From Gammaproteobacteria bacterium (GTDB lineage Bacteria; Pseudomonadota; Gammaproteobacteria; Francisellales; CACEW01): a DNA stretch of 64,000 nucleotides. The stretch spans positions 64,563 to 128,562 of the forward strand of contig JAUSAW010000010.1 in NCBI GenBank assembly GCA_030652335.1. Direction: 5' to 3'. The position numbers and the translations under genes were made by a program. How positions within the stretch are numbered: position 1 is the stretch's first letter; each line of letters starts with the position of its first letter. This document shows positions 1 to 9,098 of the stretch, piece by piece. The notes beneath the pieces were generated by a model. That model made no database searches. It was not told the origin of the DNA and saw only the letters and a program-made list of their open reading frames with translations.

Positions 1-311
1 GCTTTGCCGAAGGCCGTATTGCCGAATTAGAATCCAAGCTAAGCAATGCTCAAGTGATCGATGTCACTCAAATGCCCAAGACTGGGAAAGTCATTTTTGG
101 CTCTACCGTAACCTTAATGGACCTGGAAACCGAGGCCGAGGTAAAATACCATATCGTTGGAGATGATGAAGCTGACATTAAGCTTAGCAAGATTTCAGTG
201 GGCTCCCCAATAGCACGCGCTCTGATTGGCAAAGAAGAAGGCCAGGAAGTTATTGTAAAAACCCCTAAAGGGGAAAGTGAATACGAGATCGTTGCGGTGG
301 AATACATCTGA
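1..311 (+). CDS. greA: Transcription elongation factor GreA, C-terminal part (5' end outside window)
   Basis: The frame is open from the window edge ([21 protein letters not shown]..) into listed ORF 54..311. The stretch ..[48 protein letters not shown].. is the classic GreA C-terminal domain. TGA at 309-311. Confidence 0.9.
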   Translation, partial: FAEGRIAELESKLSNAQVIDVTQMPKTGKVIFGSTVTLMDLETEAEVKYHIVGDDEADIKLSKISVGSPIARALIGKEEGQEVIVKTPKGESEYEIVAVEYI

Positions 312-312
312 T

Positions 313-1761
313 ATGAATCAGAAAGCTGCACGAGTATGGCTTAAAGCTAGCCTACTGTTAGTTTGCGGTATGCTTTTGTCTGGCTGTGCGACTAGCAGTG
401 TGTTTTCGCCTTATCCCGATCAAATGTCAGGGATCCGTGCTAAGCTCAATGCTTCGGGTTATGCATCCTCGATCAAAACCTTAAGTAAAGGCGCGGATTC
501 GACCGATCACGATCTCTATAATATGGAATTAGGGCGGGTTCAGCAGTTATCAGGCAATTATCCTGCCAGTATTAGCACTTATACTAAGGTGATTAATAGT
601 GTGCAGCAGCAACAACTGGCCGCCAAGATTCAAATGAGCAATATATTGGCCCAGACTGGCTCCCTTATGACCAATGACAACGCACTTCCCTATCGAGTCA
701 AAGGCTATGAGTTAATATTTTTATATAACTATCAGGTGCTTAACTATTTGGCTATAGGCGATGTTCAAGATGCCTTAGTGTCTATCCGCCGTTCAGATCA
801 GCAACAACAATGGTATGTTCAGCAGCATCAATATGAGCTGCAACAGGCTAAAGAGATGGCCGATAAGAAAAGCTGGAGCCTTGACCCAACCCAATATGGA
901 CCGAGCAAAGCCACCTACTTAGTGGCTAAAAACGTAACGGACCCGATGCAAAATGGCTTTGCCTATTATCTTTCAGGTCTAGTCTATGAAGCCACTGGCG
1001 ATTATAACAATGCCTTTATCTCATTACAGAATGCGATTGCGATCCAGCCAAACAATAGCTATTTACAAACCAAGTTATTAGAAGTGCTGGAGGAGCGAGG
1101 TGGCAGCCCCTCACAATTCCAGTATTATATGAAGCAGTTTGGTTTAACGAAAGCCCCAGTTATCCCTCAACATAGTGGGCAGGTGGTCGTTATCTATGAA
1201 CAAGGCTTAGTCCCACCCATGACATCGGCTAGCTATCCGCTTAATATCCAAGGCGCCAGCCAAATTTTCACCTTCCCGGTCTATAAAGCAACAAGTTCAG
1301 TAGCGCCAGTATTATCGGTCTCTATGCAGGATAATAAGGCCCTGACAGCTCTGGGTCAGACCCAAAGTGTGGTCAATGTAGAGGCTATAGCCGCTAAAAA
1401 TTTAACCGATGAATACCCTCTGATTTTTATTAGAGAAGCCTTAAGGGTCGTGACTCAAACGGCTGTTTTAACGTCCTCGGCGAATAATTCAAATGCTACA
1501 GAGGGCAATAAACTTGCCGATGCTCTAGCGGCCACCCTCTATATGAGCTTAATGGCCGGGGCCGATCTTCGTAGCTGGCTTACCCTGCCAAATACGGTGC
1601 AGATATACCAGGGATACTTGCCACCGGCCTCAATTTCATTAATACTAGCTACAGACGGTATTAAGCAAATTGTGCCGCTTACTATTCAAGCCAATAAGAC
1701 TATAATAGTATGGGTAGTGAATACCGATAATAATTTACAGGTTAAATTAATTAACGCATAG
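313..1761 (+). CDS. Lipoprotein with TPR-like repeats (COG3014-like); first of three consecutive lipoprotein genes
   Basis: Listed ORF 277..1761. The preferred start ATG 313 (1 nt after the greA stop) gives MNQKAARVWLKASLLLVCGMLLSGC|ATSS, a signal peptide plus lipobox. TPR-like stretch YYLSGLVYEATGDYNNAFISLQNAIAIQPNN. The family label comes from remembered neighbourhood conservation with ycfL/lpoB, not from a search. Confidence 0.6.
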   Translation: MNQKAARVWLKASLLLVCGMLLSGCATSSVFSPYPDQMSGIRAKLNASGYASSIKTLSKGADSTDHDLYNMELGRVQQLSGNYPASISTYTKVINSVQQQQLAAKIQMSNILAQTGSLMTNDNALPYRVKGYELIFLYNYQVLNYLAIGDVQDALVSIRRSDQQQQWYVQQHQYELQQAKEMADKKSWSLDPTQYGPSKATYLVAKNVTDPMQNGFAYYLSGLVYEATGDYNNAFISLQNAIAIQPNNSYLQTKLLEVLEERGGSPSQFQYYMKQFGLTKAPVIPQHSGQVVVIYEQGLVPPMTSASYPLNIQGASQIFTFPVYKATSSVAPVLSVSMQDNKALTALGQTQSVVNVEAIAAKNLTDEYPLIFIREALRVVTQTAVLTSSANNSNATEGNKLADALAATLYMSLMAGADLRSWLTLPNTVQIYQGYLPPASISLILATDGIKQIVPLTIQANKTIIVWVVNTDNNLQVKLINA

Positions 1762-1771
1762 GAAGGAATAT

Positions 1772-2149
1772 ATGAAAAAGTTACTGCTGTTAGTTGCTGC
1801 AAGTATCGGTTTGGCTGGATGCGCGCATAATTGCGTCGTTATTCCATCCAATAGCAATAATTCCGCTCGAGTGGGTTCTGGATTTACTAGCATAGTCGGT
1901 GTGACTCCAACTACCTCAAAATTAGCAGGGGATATGGTAGTAGGCAAAGTGCAATTAGTGAATAACACTAGTACTAAGCAACAAGTACAATACAAGTTTG
2001 ATTGGTTTAGCCAAGATGGATTTAATTTAGGCCAGGGCACACCATGGCAGCCTGTTACGCTTAGCCCAAGCATGAGCAAAGTGGTTTCAGCCGTAGCACC
2101 AAGTGGTGAAGCGACCAACTATAATATTTCAGTCTGTAAGATGAACTAA
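1772..2149 (+). CDS. YcfL-like small lipoprotein
   Basis: AGGAAGGAA RBS just upstream. MKKLLLLVAASIGLAGC lipobox. VQYKFDWFSQDGFN resembles the YcfL motif (E. coli VHYRFYWYDARGLE, from memory). It lies directly upstream of lpoB, as in enterobacteria. Confidence 0.6.
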   Translation: MKKLLLLVAASIGLAGCAHNCVVIPSNSNNSARVGSGFTSIVGVTPTTSKLAGDMVVGKVQLVNNTSTKQQVQYKFDWFSQDGFNLGQGTPWQPVTLSPSMSKVVSAVAPSGEATNYNISVCKMN

Positions 2150-2158
2150 GAGGACCTT

Positions 2159-2773
2159 ATGAAATTAAGCAAAAAAACCATTTTAAATCTTAGCATGGCG
2201 GCTTTAAGCTTAAGCTTATTGACGGCTTGTTCCAGTACTCCGACTGTGAGCTATGTGGATCCAAATTCTGTGGATACGACGTCGATCGACTTCAGTTCAA
2301 CCGATTTGCAAAGCACCGTTCAGCAAATGGTTAACCAAATGTTGACGGCTCCAGTCGTTGTACAATTGACGGCTAAGACACCGCCAGTATTGTATGTGGC
2401 CGGTATGACTAATAATACCAGCGAACATATCGATACCAATGCGATTACCGATTCAATATCGACTCGATTGATCAATAGCGGTCAATTTACCTTCGTGGAT
2501 ATGACCAAGGTAGCAGCGATTAAACAGCAAATGGCTTATCAACATACCTCAGGTATGGTTGATCAACAAACGGCTGTCGCTATGGGCCAGCAAATTGGTG
2601 CTCAATATATGTTTTATGGTGATGTTTCTAGCATTAGCGCTGCTAATAGCAATCAACAATCCATGTACTATCAAATTACCATGAAATTACTCAGCATTAA
2701 AACCGGAGTAATCGTATGGCAAGGTGAGCAGCAGATTCGTAAAGTTGCAGTACGCAAAACCTTTGGTTGGTAG
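2159..2773 (+). CDS. lpoB: Penicillin-binding protein activator LpoB-like lipoprotein
   Basis: Signal peptide plus lipobox LLTAC|SS. The C-terminal domain ..VLYVAGMTNNTSEHIDTNAITDSISTRLINSGQFTFVD..QIGAQYMFYGDVSSI..MKLLSIKTGVIVWQGE.. is colinear with E. coli LpoB as I remember it (..VDSVNNRTNGSLN..NNGKFTLVS..GAHYVLYSS..VQTGEIIWSG..). Confidence 0.7.
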   Translation: MKLSKKTILNLSMAALSLSLLTACSSTPTVSYVDPNSVDTTSIDFSSTDLQSTVQQMVNQMLTAPVVVQLTAKTPPVLYVAGMTNNTSEHIDTNAITDSISTRLINSGQFTFVDMTKVAAIKQQMAYQHTSGMVDQQTAVAMGQQIGAQYMFYGDVSSISAANSNQQSMYYQITMKLLSIKTGVIVWQGEQQIRKVAVRKTFGW

Positions 2774-2822
2774 TATCAAGACATTCTGATAGCGTCCAAC
2801 GCTTATCAATAAATATAAATAA

Positions 2823-2859
2823 CCCGAGATCCTGATAAGCGTGTTATCAGGATCTCGGG
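2823..2859. terminator. Perfect 16-bp hairpin between convergent genes (probable bidirectional intrinsic terminator; member of an ATCCTGAYAA hairpin family)
   Basis: CCCGAGATCCTGATAA gcgtg TTATCAGGATCTCGGG. Read on the minus strand it is followed by TTATTTATATTTATT. Confidence 0.65.
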
Positions 2860-2868
2860 CTATTATCG

Positions 2869-3147
2869 TTAAGTATTTGTTTTCTGTGAAGTATTATTGA
2901 TTGCACGGCTTGAATCATAAATATTAAGCATTAATTCAATTTCTTCGTGTAAGGTTAAACCATCATCCACTATAGCCTGGTCTTTTTTACTTATTTTCAT
3001 TAAATACTGTAACAGTTGTTGAGTATCGACGGTTCCATCTGGATAGATGGTAAGGCCACCAAGATCCCCTTGGGGCAGTTCGAGCAGCAATGCTTTTTGG
3101 TCATCTTTTGATAATTCACTTAGCACTTTAATCGTTGAATTAGTCAT
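2869..3147 (-). CDS. Hypothetical small acidic protein (92 aa)
   Basis: Strong RBS AAGGAGGataatt directly upstream of ATG 3147. No recognisable domain. It is the last gene of a three-gene minus-strand islet. Confidence 0.6.
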   Translation of the reverse strand: MTNSTIKVLSELSKDDQKALLLELPQGDLGGLTIYPDGTVDTQQLLQYLMKISKKDQAIVDDGLTLHEEIELMLNIYDSSRAINNTSQKTNT

Positions 3148-3281
3148 AATTATCCTCCTTGATGGGTTAATTTGACTAGCAAATTAAAAAGCAGTGGAGC
3201 ATGTAACGGAATCGACTTCCAGTTGTGAAGTCATAACTACAGTATAGAAAATAGTGCCTATTATCGCAAGTAGCTTTCGCC

Positions 3282-4241
3282 TTAAGGGTGAATGTTGGGT
3301 GTCACTGCAATAGGTGCAGCGATTGTCTCTGCTGCTGGTGGGAATAACTGCCAAAATGGGGTGCAGCAGCAAGTAGTTTCTGTTGAAGATGCGGCTACAG
3401 CTGGATTTGTGTCAGAAACTTTTTCTATGGAGGGGGTAGGTGCTGAGGTAGCTGTATGCAATGATTCCTCTACTACTGATGTCGGCAAAATAGGCTGATC
3501 AATCATTGGAGCAGTAGTTCTAGCATTAATTGTTAAGTCGCTTATAGTTGCCGATGCCCTGCTTGGAACGCTCTCCATTTCTAGTGTACTAGTTTTAGTG
3601 CCGCTGCCAACTATCGCTTGAACTTCTAATTCAGGTGCAGTTTCTGGTTTGGGAGTGACAGTTAATTTTGTTAGTTGATCGCGTAAATTTTTACGTAAAT
3701 ATCCACTTATAGTTCCACTGCATTTATAAAAATATTGCACTCGATATTGATCTGAATCCTTTAATATAGGTTCTATATCAGCTAAGATGAGCTTTTCATT
3801 TCTAAAGTACCGCTCAAACTCTCCCGTGCCGGTATAAATACAAATCAAAGCCCCAGTAAAGCGCAGTAAAATTCTATGCATATTGTTGGCTAGCCAGCCG
3901 ACCGGCATGTGGGGGGCCCCAATACGACTAAGGTTGCCTTCAATCGCTATCATAGCAATTTGACTTGGAGTGATTCCAGCTCGCGGCAATATACTACCTG
4001 CCCCAGCTTCAGCCTCATCAACAAGCATTGCTTGCAAGCCAGTAAATGCAAGATCAGTGCTGTCTGCTATTAGGAAAGGTGGTATGTCTTCAGAAGCCGA
4101 TGATTCTTTTACTACAATCGAAAACCCAGCTATGTCGTATAGTTCTTTATCTCTTCCATTGAGTGTTAAGCAGGTATTTAAGTATGGATCAACGCTCTCT
4201 GTGCAGTGAGTAACCGATAAAACATATCCTTTTATTGGCAT
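3282..4241 (-). CDS. Hypothetical effector-like protein (319 aa); distant paralog of 4414..5457
   Basis: Long ORF. The globular N-terminal ~200 aa share a colinear core with the neighbouring gene (IAMIAIEGNLSRIGAPHMPVGWLANNMHRILLRFTGALICIY vs IAEINCIVVDGDFGQPGTIPQKEWLAKNLFEILQKFTDADIVMY). The C-terminal ~110 aa are S/T/P/A-rich with CCC (3363..3371) followed by TPFW. Confidence 0.7.
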   Translation of the reverse strand: MPIKGYVLSVTHCTESVDPYLNTCLTLNGRDKELYDIAGFSIVVKESSASEDIPPFLIADSTDLAFTGLQAMLVDEAEAGAGSILPRAGITPSQIAMIAIEGNLSRIGAPHMPVGWLANNMHRILLRFTGALICIYTGTGEFERYFRNEKLILADIEPILKDSDQYRVQYFYKCSGTISGYLRKNLRDQLTKLTVTPKPETAPELEVQAIVGSGTKTSTLEMESVPSRASATISDLTINARTTAPMIDQPILPTSVVEESLHTATSAPTPSIEKVSDTNPAVAASSTETTCCCTPFWQLFPPAAETIAAPIAVTPNIHP

Positions 4242-4347
4242 CTTAACATCCTTTTTAAGCCATTATTTGGGGATAATGCACTCAAATAATAATGATTAAT
4301 AATAGGATGATAAGCTATTTTTTATACACAGTAAACTATATTTAGTG

Positions 4348-4378
4348 TTTTTTTATCCTATAGTTTAGGATAAAAAAA
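4348..4378. terminator. AT-rich 13-bp perfect hairpin downstream of 4414..5457
   Basis: TTTTTTTATCCTA tagtt TAGGATAAAAAAA. The T/A runs are part of the stem and GC content is low, so it is only a weak terminator candidate. Confidence 0.35.
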
Positions 4379-4413
4379 TAACTATTTGTAACTGACAAAT
4401 AAGTTTGTCTGAT

Positions 4414-5457
4414 CTATGCGGGAGGGGATGCAGGGCTGATTGAAGTATGGAGTAATTCTGTAGGGGCTTGGGTATACCAACAACCACAAAATTTATTACT
4501 TTTCACTTCAGTAACGGGCGGTACTGTTAAAGTAGCAGTAACAGCAGGAGTATAGCTACTTTCCTTAGGTGGTGTTGCATTAAAGGCTGATCTTGTGCCT
4601 GATGCTAACATTCTTGGGCCTTCAGGGGAGGGGGGAAGTGCATCATGAACTGTTTGAGGCTCAGTCTTGCCGCTCGGTTTACGTTGTGGTGTTGAAGAGG
4701 CCGCTAAAGAATAAGGGTGATCACTTACTGGCGGCAGATGTCCATCGGAGTTATCCATTTCGAGAGTTATACTGGATTCACCTCGGCAACTTGCATTGCT
4801 TGAGTCTTTATCCGTTTTGATATCAGGAATTTCATTTAAGGTTTCAGCTATAATTTTAACCGTAGCTTTAATGGATTGATCTGGACGGAAATGAACCCCT
4901 AATTTTAGGACATTATCTGGTTTTATAGGTATTATTTTTGGATTGTGATCTAAGAGGTCTTGTAAATTTACCATTTCCTGAAGATAATAACGATAATAAC
5001 CTTCGGTTACTTTAGGATACATGACAATATCAGCATCTGTAAATTTTTGAAGTATTTCAAATAAGTTTTTAGCTAACCATTCCTTTTGCGGGATAGTGCC
5101 GGGTTGTCCAAAATCACCATCAACAACAATACAGTTTATCTCTGCAATACCAACACGTTTATCAGAATCCTTGAGCTTATTGAAAGCAGCATCAACTTGA
5201 TCAAATAGTAGTAAAGACGACACTTCTAGTAGTGAAGGTGATGCTTCTTCTCTTGCTGTCTCTCTTTTAACGTAGGCTCCGGCACATAGCCAGCCATTTT
5301 TGATAAAAGTAAGTGCTGCTTCGTCTTCTTCGGCGCATGTTGCATTCTGGCTAACACATAATGCCGCTCTGACAACTGTTGAATGAGCGTCTGACTCATT
5401 TTCAGATATAGAGCCTAAGTGATCGGTTGAATCATCAGTAGCAAGAGGCGTTGGCAT
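4414..5457 (-). CDS. Hypothetical effector-like protein (347 aa); distant paralog of 3282..4241
   Basis: Long ORF with the same architecture as its neighbour: a core domain, an ITLEMD motif (cf. STLEME), then an S/T/P-rich tail with C-G-C-W-Y (Cys codons at 4480..4488) 24 aa from the C terminus. Confidence 0.7.
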   Translation of the reverse strand: MPTPLATDDSTDHLGSISENESDAHSTVVRAALCVSQNATCAEEDEAALTFIKNGWLCAGAYVKRETAREEASPSLLEVSSLLLFDQVDAAFNKLKDSDKRVGIAEINCIVVDGDFGQPGTIPQKEWLAKNLFEILQKFTDADIVMYPKVTEGYYRYYLQEMVNLQDLLDHNPKIIPIKPDNVLKLGVHFRPDQSIKATVKIIAETLNEIPDIKTDKDSSNASCRGESSITLEMDNSDGHLPPVSDHPYSLAASSTPQRKPSGKTEPQTVHDALPPSPEGPRMLASGTRSAFNATPPKESSYTPAVTATLTVPPVTEVKSNKFCGCWYTQAPTELLHTSISPASPPA

Positions 5458-5613
5458 GGTTTTATACTCATTACCCTTAAAATAGCATTAGCATACCCAG
5501 TCAAGTGCAAATAATCAAGTTGTATTAGCAGGTAACAATTAGGCCTATCTTAGTTGCTATACATATCACTCTAAAGGCAGAGGACGGTGTCTATTTTAAT
5601 GATTCTTAAACGA

Positions 5614-6603
5614 TTAGTTGGTTAACCACTCTGCGGCTTGCTTAGCAAAATACGTAATAATCAAATCCGCCCCGGCGCGTTTCATAGCCGTTAGCGATTC
5701 CAAAGCCGCTTTCTTTTCATCGAGCAAATTTTGCGCTGCTGCTACTTTAACCATGGCAAATTCACCGCTTACATTATAAGCCACCATCGGTAGCGAATAG
5801 CGCTGCTTAAGTGAATAAATGACATCTAAATAAGCGAGGGCAGGCTTAACCATTAGCATGTCTGCGCCTTCGGCGATATCGAGTTCGGCTTCGCGCCAGG
5901 CTTCTTGAATATTGGCGGGGTCCATCTGGTAGCTTTTACGGTCTCCAGCTTCGGGTGCGCAATCGGCGGCCTGCCTAAAGGGGCCATAAAATGCCGAGGC
6001 ATATTTAACCGAGTAGGATAAAATAGCCCGATCGCTAAAATTGGCTTGGTCTAAAGCCTGGCGAATCGCACCTACCATGCCATCCATCATGCCGCTAGGG
6101 GCCAGTATATCGGCGCCGGCTTTAGCATGAGATACAGCCATTTTCGCTAAAATATCTAAGGTGGGGTCGTTATCGACTTGTGCGCAATCAGAGTGGGTTG
6201 TTAAAGGGCCGCAATGGCCATGATCGGTATAGCTGCATAGGCAGATGTCAGTAATGACCGTCAAATGCGGTGTGGCGGCTTTAATCGCGGCAATAGCTTG
6301 TCGGGCTATGCCTGTATCGCTATAGCTTTCAGCCCCAGTTGGGGATTTATTTTCAGGTTGAGCAAAAATTAATACTGCTTGAATGCCGAGGCGAGCGATG
6401 TCTTTCACTTCTTCGGCCAGTCTATCGACCGAAAAATGATATTGGCCAGGCAGAGAGCTTATTTCATTCTTAATATTATGTCCGGGCACAACAAATAGCG
6501 GATAAATTAAATCATCGATGCTCAGTGTTGTTTCTGAGACCATGCGGCGTAGCGATTCAGTGCGGCGTAATCGACGAAGCCGAGTATGCGGGAATCGAGA
6601 CAT
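5614..6603 (-). CDS. hemB: Porphobilinogen synthase (delta-aminolevulinic acid dehydratase)
   Basis: 329 aa. Contains ..RLRRLR.., ..DICLCSYTDHGHCG.. (metal-binding Cys cluster), ..MVKPALAYLDVI.. (Schiff-base lysine region) and ..AYNVSGEFAM.., all typical of HemB. Confidence 0.95.
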   Translation of the reverse strand: MSRFPHTRLRRLRRTESLRRMVSETTLSIDDLIYPLFVVPGHNIKNEISSLPGQYHFSVDRLAEEVKDIARLGIQAVLIFAQPENKSPTGAESYSDTGIARQAIAAIKAATPHLTVITDICLCSYTDHGHCGPLTTHSDCAQVDNDPTLDILAKMAVSHAKAGADILAPSGMMDGMVGAIRQALDQANFSDRAILSYSVKYASAFYGPFRQAADCAPEAGDRKSYQMDPANIQEAWREAELDIAEGADMLMVKPALAYLDVIYSLKQRYSLPMVAYNVSGEFAMVKVAAAQNLLDEKKAALESLTAMKRAGADLIITYFAKQAAEWLTN

Positions 6604-6878
6604 TATTCTTCCTCTGGTTTTTCTCGATAGAGGGTAATCATTTGCCCCATGCTTTGGATGAGTTCCGCGGCAGTTTGGGTAATAATTTCACGGGTGAACT
6701 GCTCACGATCATGGCGTTCTGCAGCTACCTTAACCTTAATTAATTCATGATGGTCTAAGGCTACATTAATTTCAGCTATAACATTGGCATTAAGGCCATT
6801 TTGCCCGATCATTACCACCGGTTTTAGTGCGTGAGCTTTCGCTTTCAGTGCGCGTTTTTCTTGTTTATCTACAGCCAT
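6603..6878 (-). CDS. yhbY: YhbY-like CRM-domain RNA-binding protein
   Basis: ..LKAKAHALKPVVMIGQNGLNANVIAEINVALDHHELIKVKV.. matches E. coli YhbY (..LKGLAHPLKPVVLLGSNGLTEGVLAEIEQALEHHELIKVKI.., from memory). Its stop overlaps the hemB start by 1 nt (TAATG). Confidence 0.85.
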   Translation of the reverse strand: MAVDKQEKRALKAKAHALKPVVMIGQNGLNANVIAEINVALDHHELIKVKVAAERHDREQFTREIITQTAAELIQSMGQMITLYREKPEEE

Positions 6879-6888
6879 TTCTAAACCT

Positions 6889-8151
6889 TTAGTCTTTTAA
6901 TATGCCGCCAATAATATCACAAAGCTTCGCTAAAGCCCCACGATTTTGCTCCAAAACCCTTAGGCCACTTTCGCCACGTTGCCTGGCAAGCATCGGGGAG
7001 TCAAATAATTCTATAATGCGTTCTGCTAATTCTTCTGGATTTTTTACGATATAGGTCGCTTCAGAGGCCACTAGCATCGTGGTGATTTCTTTAAAATTGA
7101 AATAATTAGGCCCGATAATACTGGGGATACCAAGGGCGGTGGGTTCTAATAGGTTATGCCCGCCAACGGGTACAAAGCTGCCTCCAATAAAGGCTATTTG
7201 AGAAGCGCCATACAGCAATAACATCTCGCCCATGGTATCGCCTAAATAAATTTGAGTGCTGGCTGTGCAGGGTCGCTGGCTGCTACGGGTGATAAGGGTA
7301 AAGCCTTGGTGTTCGCATAATTCTTTAACCCCATTAAAGCGTTCCGGATGTCTGGGCACTAAAATCAGCAAGGCATCGGGAAAGGCTTTTAAAATAAGCC
7401 CAAAGGCCATTAATATGTGTTCTTCTTCACCTTGATGCGTGCTAGCCGCTATCCACACCGGGCGATCTTGCCAGGTGGCTTTAAGCTCAGAGGCTTGATG
7501 CCGGATTTCATTTGATATCGTAATATCAAACTTAATGCTGCCGGTAATATGTAAACGATCGGCTGGCAGTCCCAAATTGACAAAGCGTTGGCCATCTTCT
7601 TTGCTCTGGGCTGCCACACAGCTAATGTCTTCTAGCATGCCAGTTGTTAGGCGTTTTACCTTAGCATATTTAGCCGCGGAGCGTTCCGATAGCCTGGCAT
7701 TAGCCAGCAGTACCGGAATATGGCGTTTTTGGCAGGCTTTGAGCAAATTGGGCCATAATTCCGTTTCGATTAAGATCAATATCTTTGGCTGGGACCGTCG
7801 CAAGAATCGCGCTAAAACAGCTGGTAAATCATAGGGGAAATAACTGATATGGATACTATCGCCAAAGGTCTTGCGTAAATGTGCTTTACCGGTAGGCGTA
7901 GTATTGGTCACTAAAATAGGAAGATTAGGATAGGTTTTTTGCAGGCATTTAATGAGGGGGGTCGCGGCGATCGATTCACCGAAGGATACGGCGTGAATCC
8001 AAATACAATCATTAAGCGCAACCGGCAAATAGCCCATGCGCTCCGACCAGGCCTGCCTATAATCAGGGGCTTTTTTACCACGCCTAAATAGCCTTAAAAA
8101 AACCAAAGGCAGGGCGAGGTAAAATACCAGGGTATAGAGGAAGCGCATCAT
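6889..8151 (-). CDS. waaA: 3-deoxy-D-manno-octulosonic acid (Kdo) transferase
   Basis: 420 aa with an N-terminal membrane anchor. ..[26 protein letters not shown].. and ..[31 protein letters not shown].. are WaaA/KdtA family patterns. 4-nt overlap with hldD. Confidence 0.9.
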   Translation of the reverse strand: MMRFLYTLVFYLALPLVFLRLFRRGKKAPDYRQAWSERMGYLPVALNDCIWIHAVSFGESIAATPLIKCLQKTYPNLPILVTNTTPTGKAHLRKTFGDSIHISYFPYDLPAVLARFLRRSQPKILILIETELWPNLLKACQKRHIPVLLANARLSERSAAKYAKVKRLTTGMLEDISCVAAQSKEDGQRFVNLGLPADRLHITGSIKFDITISNEIRHQASELKATWQDRPVWIAASTHQGEEEHILMAFGLILKAFPDALLILVPRHPERFNGVKELCEHQGFTLITRSSQRPCTASTQIYLGDTMGEMLLLYGASQIAFIGGSFVPVGGHNLLEPTALGIPSIIGPNYFNFKEITTMLVASEATYIVKNPEELAERIIELFDSPMLARQRGESGLRVLEQNRGALAKLCDIIGGILKD

Positions 8152-9098
8152 TTTTGCTCATTAAGCCAATCGAGGTAAGACTTAACGCCTTCTTCAACTG
8201 TTTTAAATGGGGCGGTATAACCTGCCTCACGCAATTTACTAATGTCGGCCTGGGTAAAACTTTGATAGCGGCCTTTTAAATTTTCGGGGAAGGGGATGTA
8301 TTCGAGCTTACCTTTTTCATGCCAGGCGATAACGGATTTAGCGATGTCGTTAAAAGCCTGTGAGCGTCCGGTGCCTAAGTTAAAGATGCCCGATTGATCG
8401 GGATGGTCCATAAACCATAGATTCACTTTGGCAATATCTTCTACATAGACGAAATCACGTTTTTGCTCGCCTGCCTCATAGCCATCATAGGCATCGAATA
8501 ATTTAACAATGCCGCCATCTTGAATTTGATTGTTGTGGTGGAAGGCGACCGAGGCCATATTGCCTTTATGCTGTTCACGAGGGCCATAGACATTGAAATA
8601 ACGAAAGCCTACTACCTGGCTTTTAGCATGAGGGGCGATATCGCGAACATATTGGTCAAACTGGAATTTGGAAAAGCCGTATACGTTTAAGGGTTTTTCA
8701 AACTGACGCTCTTCTTTAAAAATGGTGCCTTTACCATATACGGCTGCGCTAGAGGCGTAGATAAAGGGGATCTGCTGCTCCAGGCAGTAATGTAGCAATT
8801 GCTTGGAATACTCGTAATTATTATCCATCATATATTTACCGTCCCACTCGGTGGTATCCGAGCAAGCACCTTGATGAAATACCGCTTCGATTTCTTCATC
8901 GTCGAAGTCGCCGCTTAAGATGTCGACGATAAAATCATCTTTATCTTGGTAATCCAAAAAATCGCAATCGGCTAAATTGGTAAATTTAGTCCCATCGGTC
9001 AAATCATCCACGACTAATATATCGGTTCTGCCGCGATCGTTAAGCATTTTAACGATATTGCTACCAATAAATCCGGCTCCGCCTGTTACTATAATCAT
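8148..9098 (-). CDS. hldD: ADP-L-glycero-D-manno-heptose 6-epimerase
   Basis: [30 protein letters not shown].. Rossmann start. ..YASSAAVYG.., ..YGFSKFQFD.. (YxxxK) and ..[23 protein letters not shown].. match HldD/RfaD. Confidence 0.93.
   Translation of the reverse strand: MIIVTGGAGFIGSNIVKMLNDRGRTDILVVDDLTDGTKFTNLADCDFLDYQDKDDFIVDILSGDFDDEEIEAVFHQGACSDTTEWDGKYMMDNNYEYSKQLLHYCLEQQIPFIYASSAAVYGKGTIFKEERQFEKPLNVYGFSKFQFDQYVRDIAPHAKSQVVGFRYFNVYGPREQHKGNMASVAFHHNNQIQDGGIVKLFDAYDGYEAGEQKRDFVYVEDIAKVNLWFMDHPDQSGIFNLGTGRSQAFNDIAKSVIAWHEKGKLEYIPFPENLKGRYQSFTQADISKLREAGYTAPFKTVEEGVKSYLDWLNEQK

Noticed and set aside
68-331. Antisense ORFs lying inside well-supported genes. Examples: 68..331(-), 1747..2118(-), 6525..6743(+), 7535..7834(+), 9711..9974(+), 10089..10409(+), 10842..12959(+ set), 14443..15303(- set), 17165..17374(-), 18011..18229(-), 20018..21139(+ set), 21878..22081(-), 22649..23520(- set), 25291..25569(+), 28845..29183(-), 33544..33750(+), 38641..38859(+), 42502..43081, 44075..44272(-), 44561..45073(+), 45683..45916(-), 46599..46805(-), 49129..49657, 51620..51982(+), 56276..56777, 58705..59010(-), 59906..60169(-), 60681..60917(-), 61925..62128(+).
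   Set aside because: Each is fully contained in, or out of frame with, a longer ORF that has clear family motifs. None has an RBS or a recognisable domain. They are typical shadow ORFs.
3292-4820. Plus-strand ORFs 3292..3498, 3970..4209 and 4593..4820, together with 29844..30197, 30738..30980, 31238..31468, 39900..40112 and 40779..41048, all opposite the effector-like genes.
   Set aside because: They sit on the antisense strand of low-complexity S/T/P/A-rich coding regions. Stop codons are rare on both strands there, so these are composition artefacts.
4242-5613. PmrA-like (TTAATATT tandem) or other shared regulatory boxes upstream of the effector-like genes at 4241 and 5457, and elsewhere.
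   Set aside because: Only loose AT-rich resemblances (e.g. TTAATCATTATTAT) were found, indistinguishable from background in AT-rich spacers. The only convincing shared upstream block is the one between the tandem paralogs at 31118..31210 and 32617..32710.
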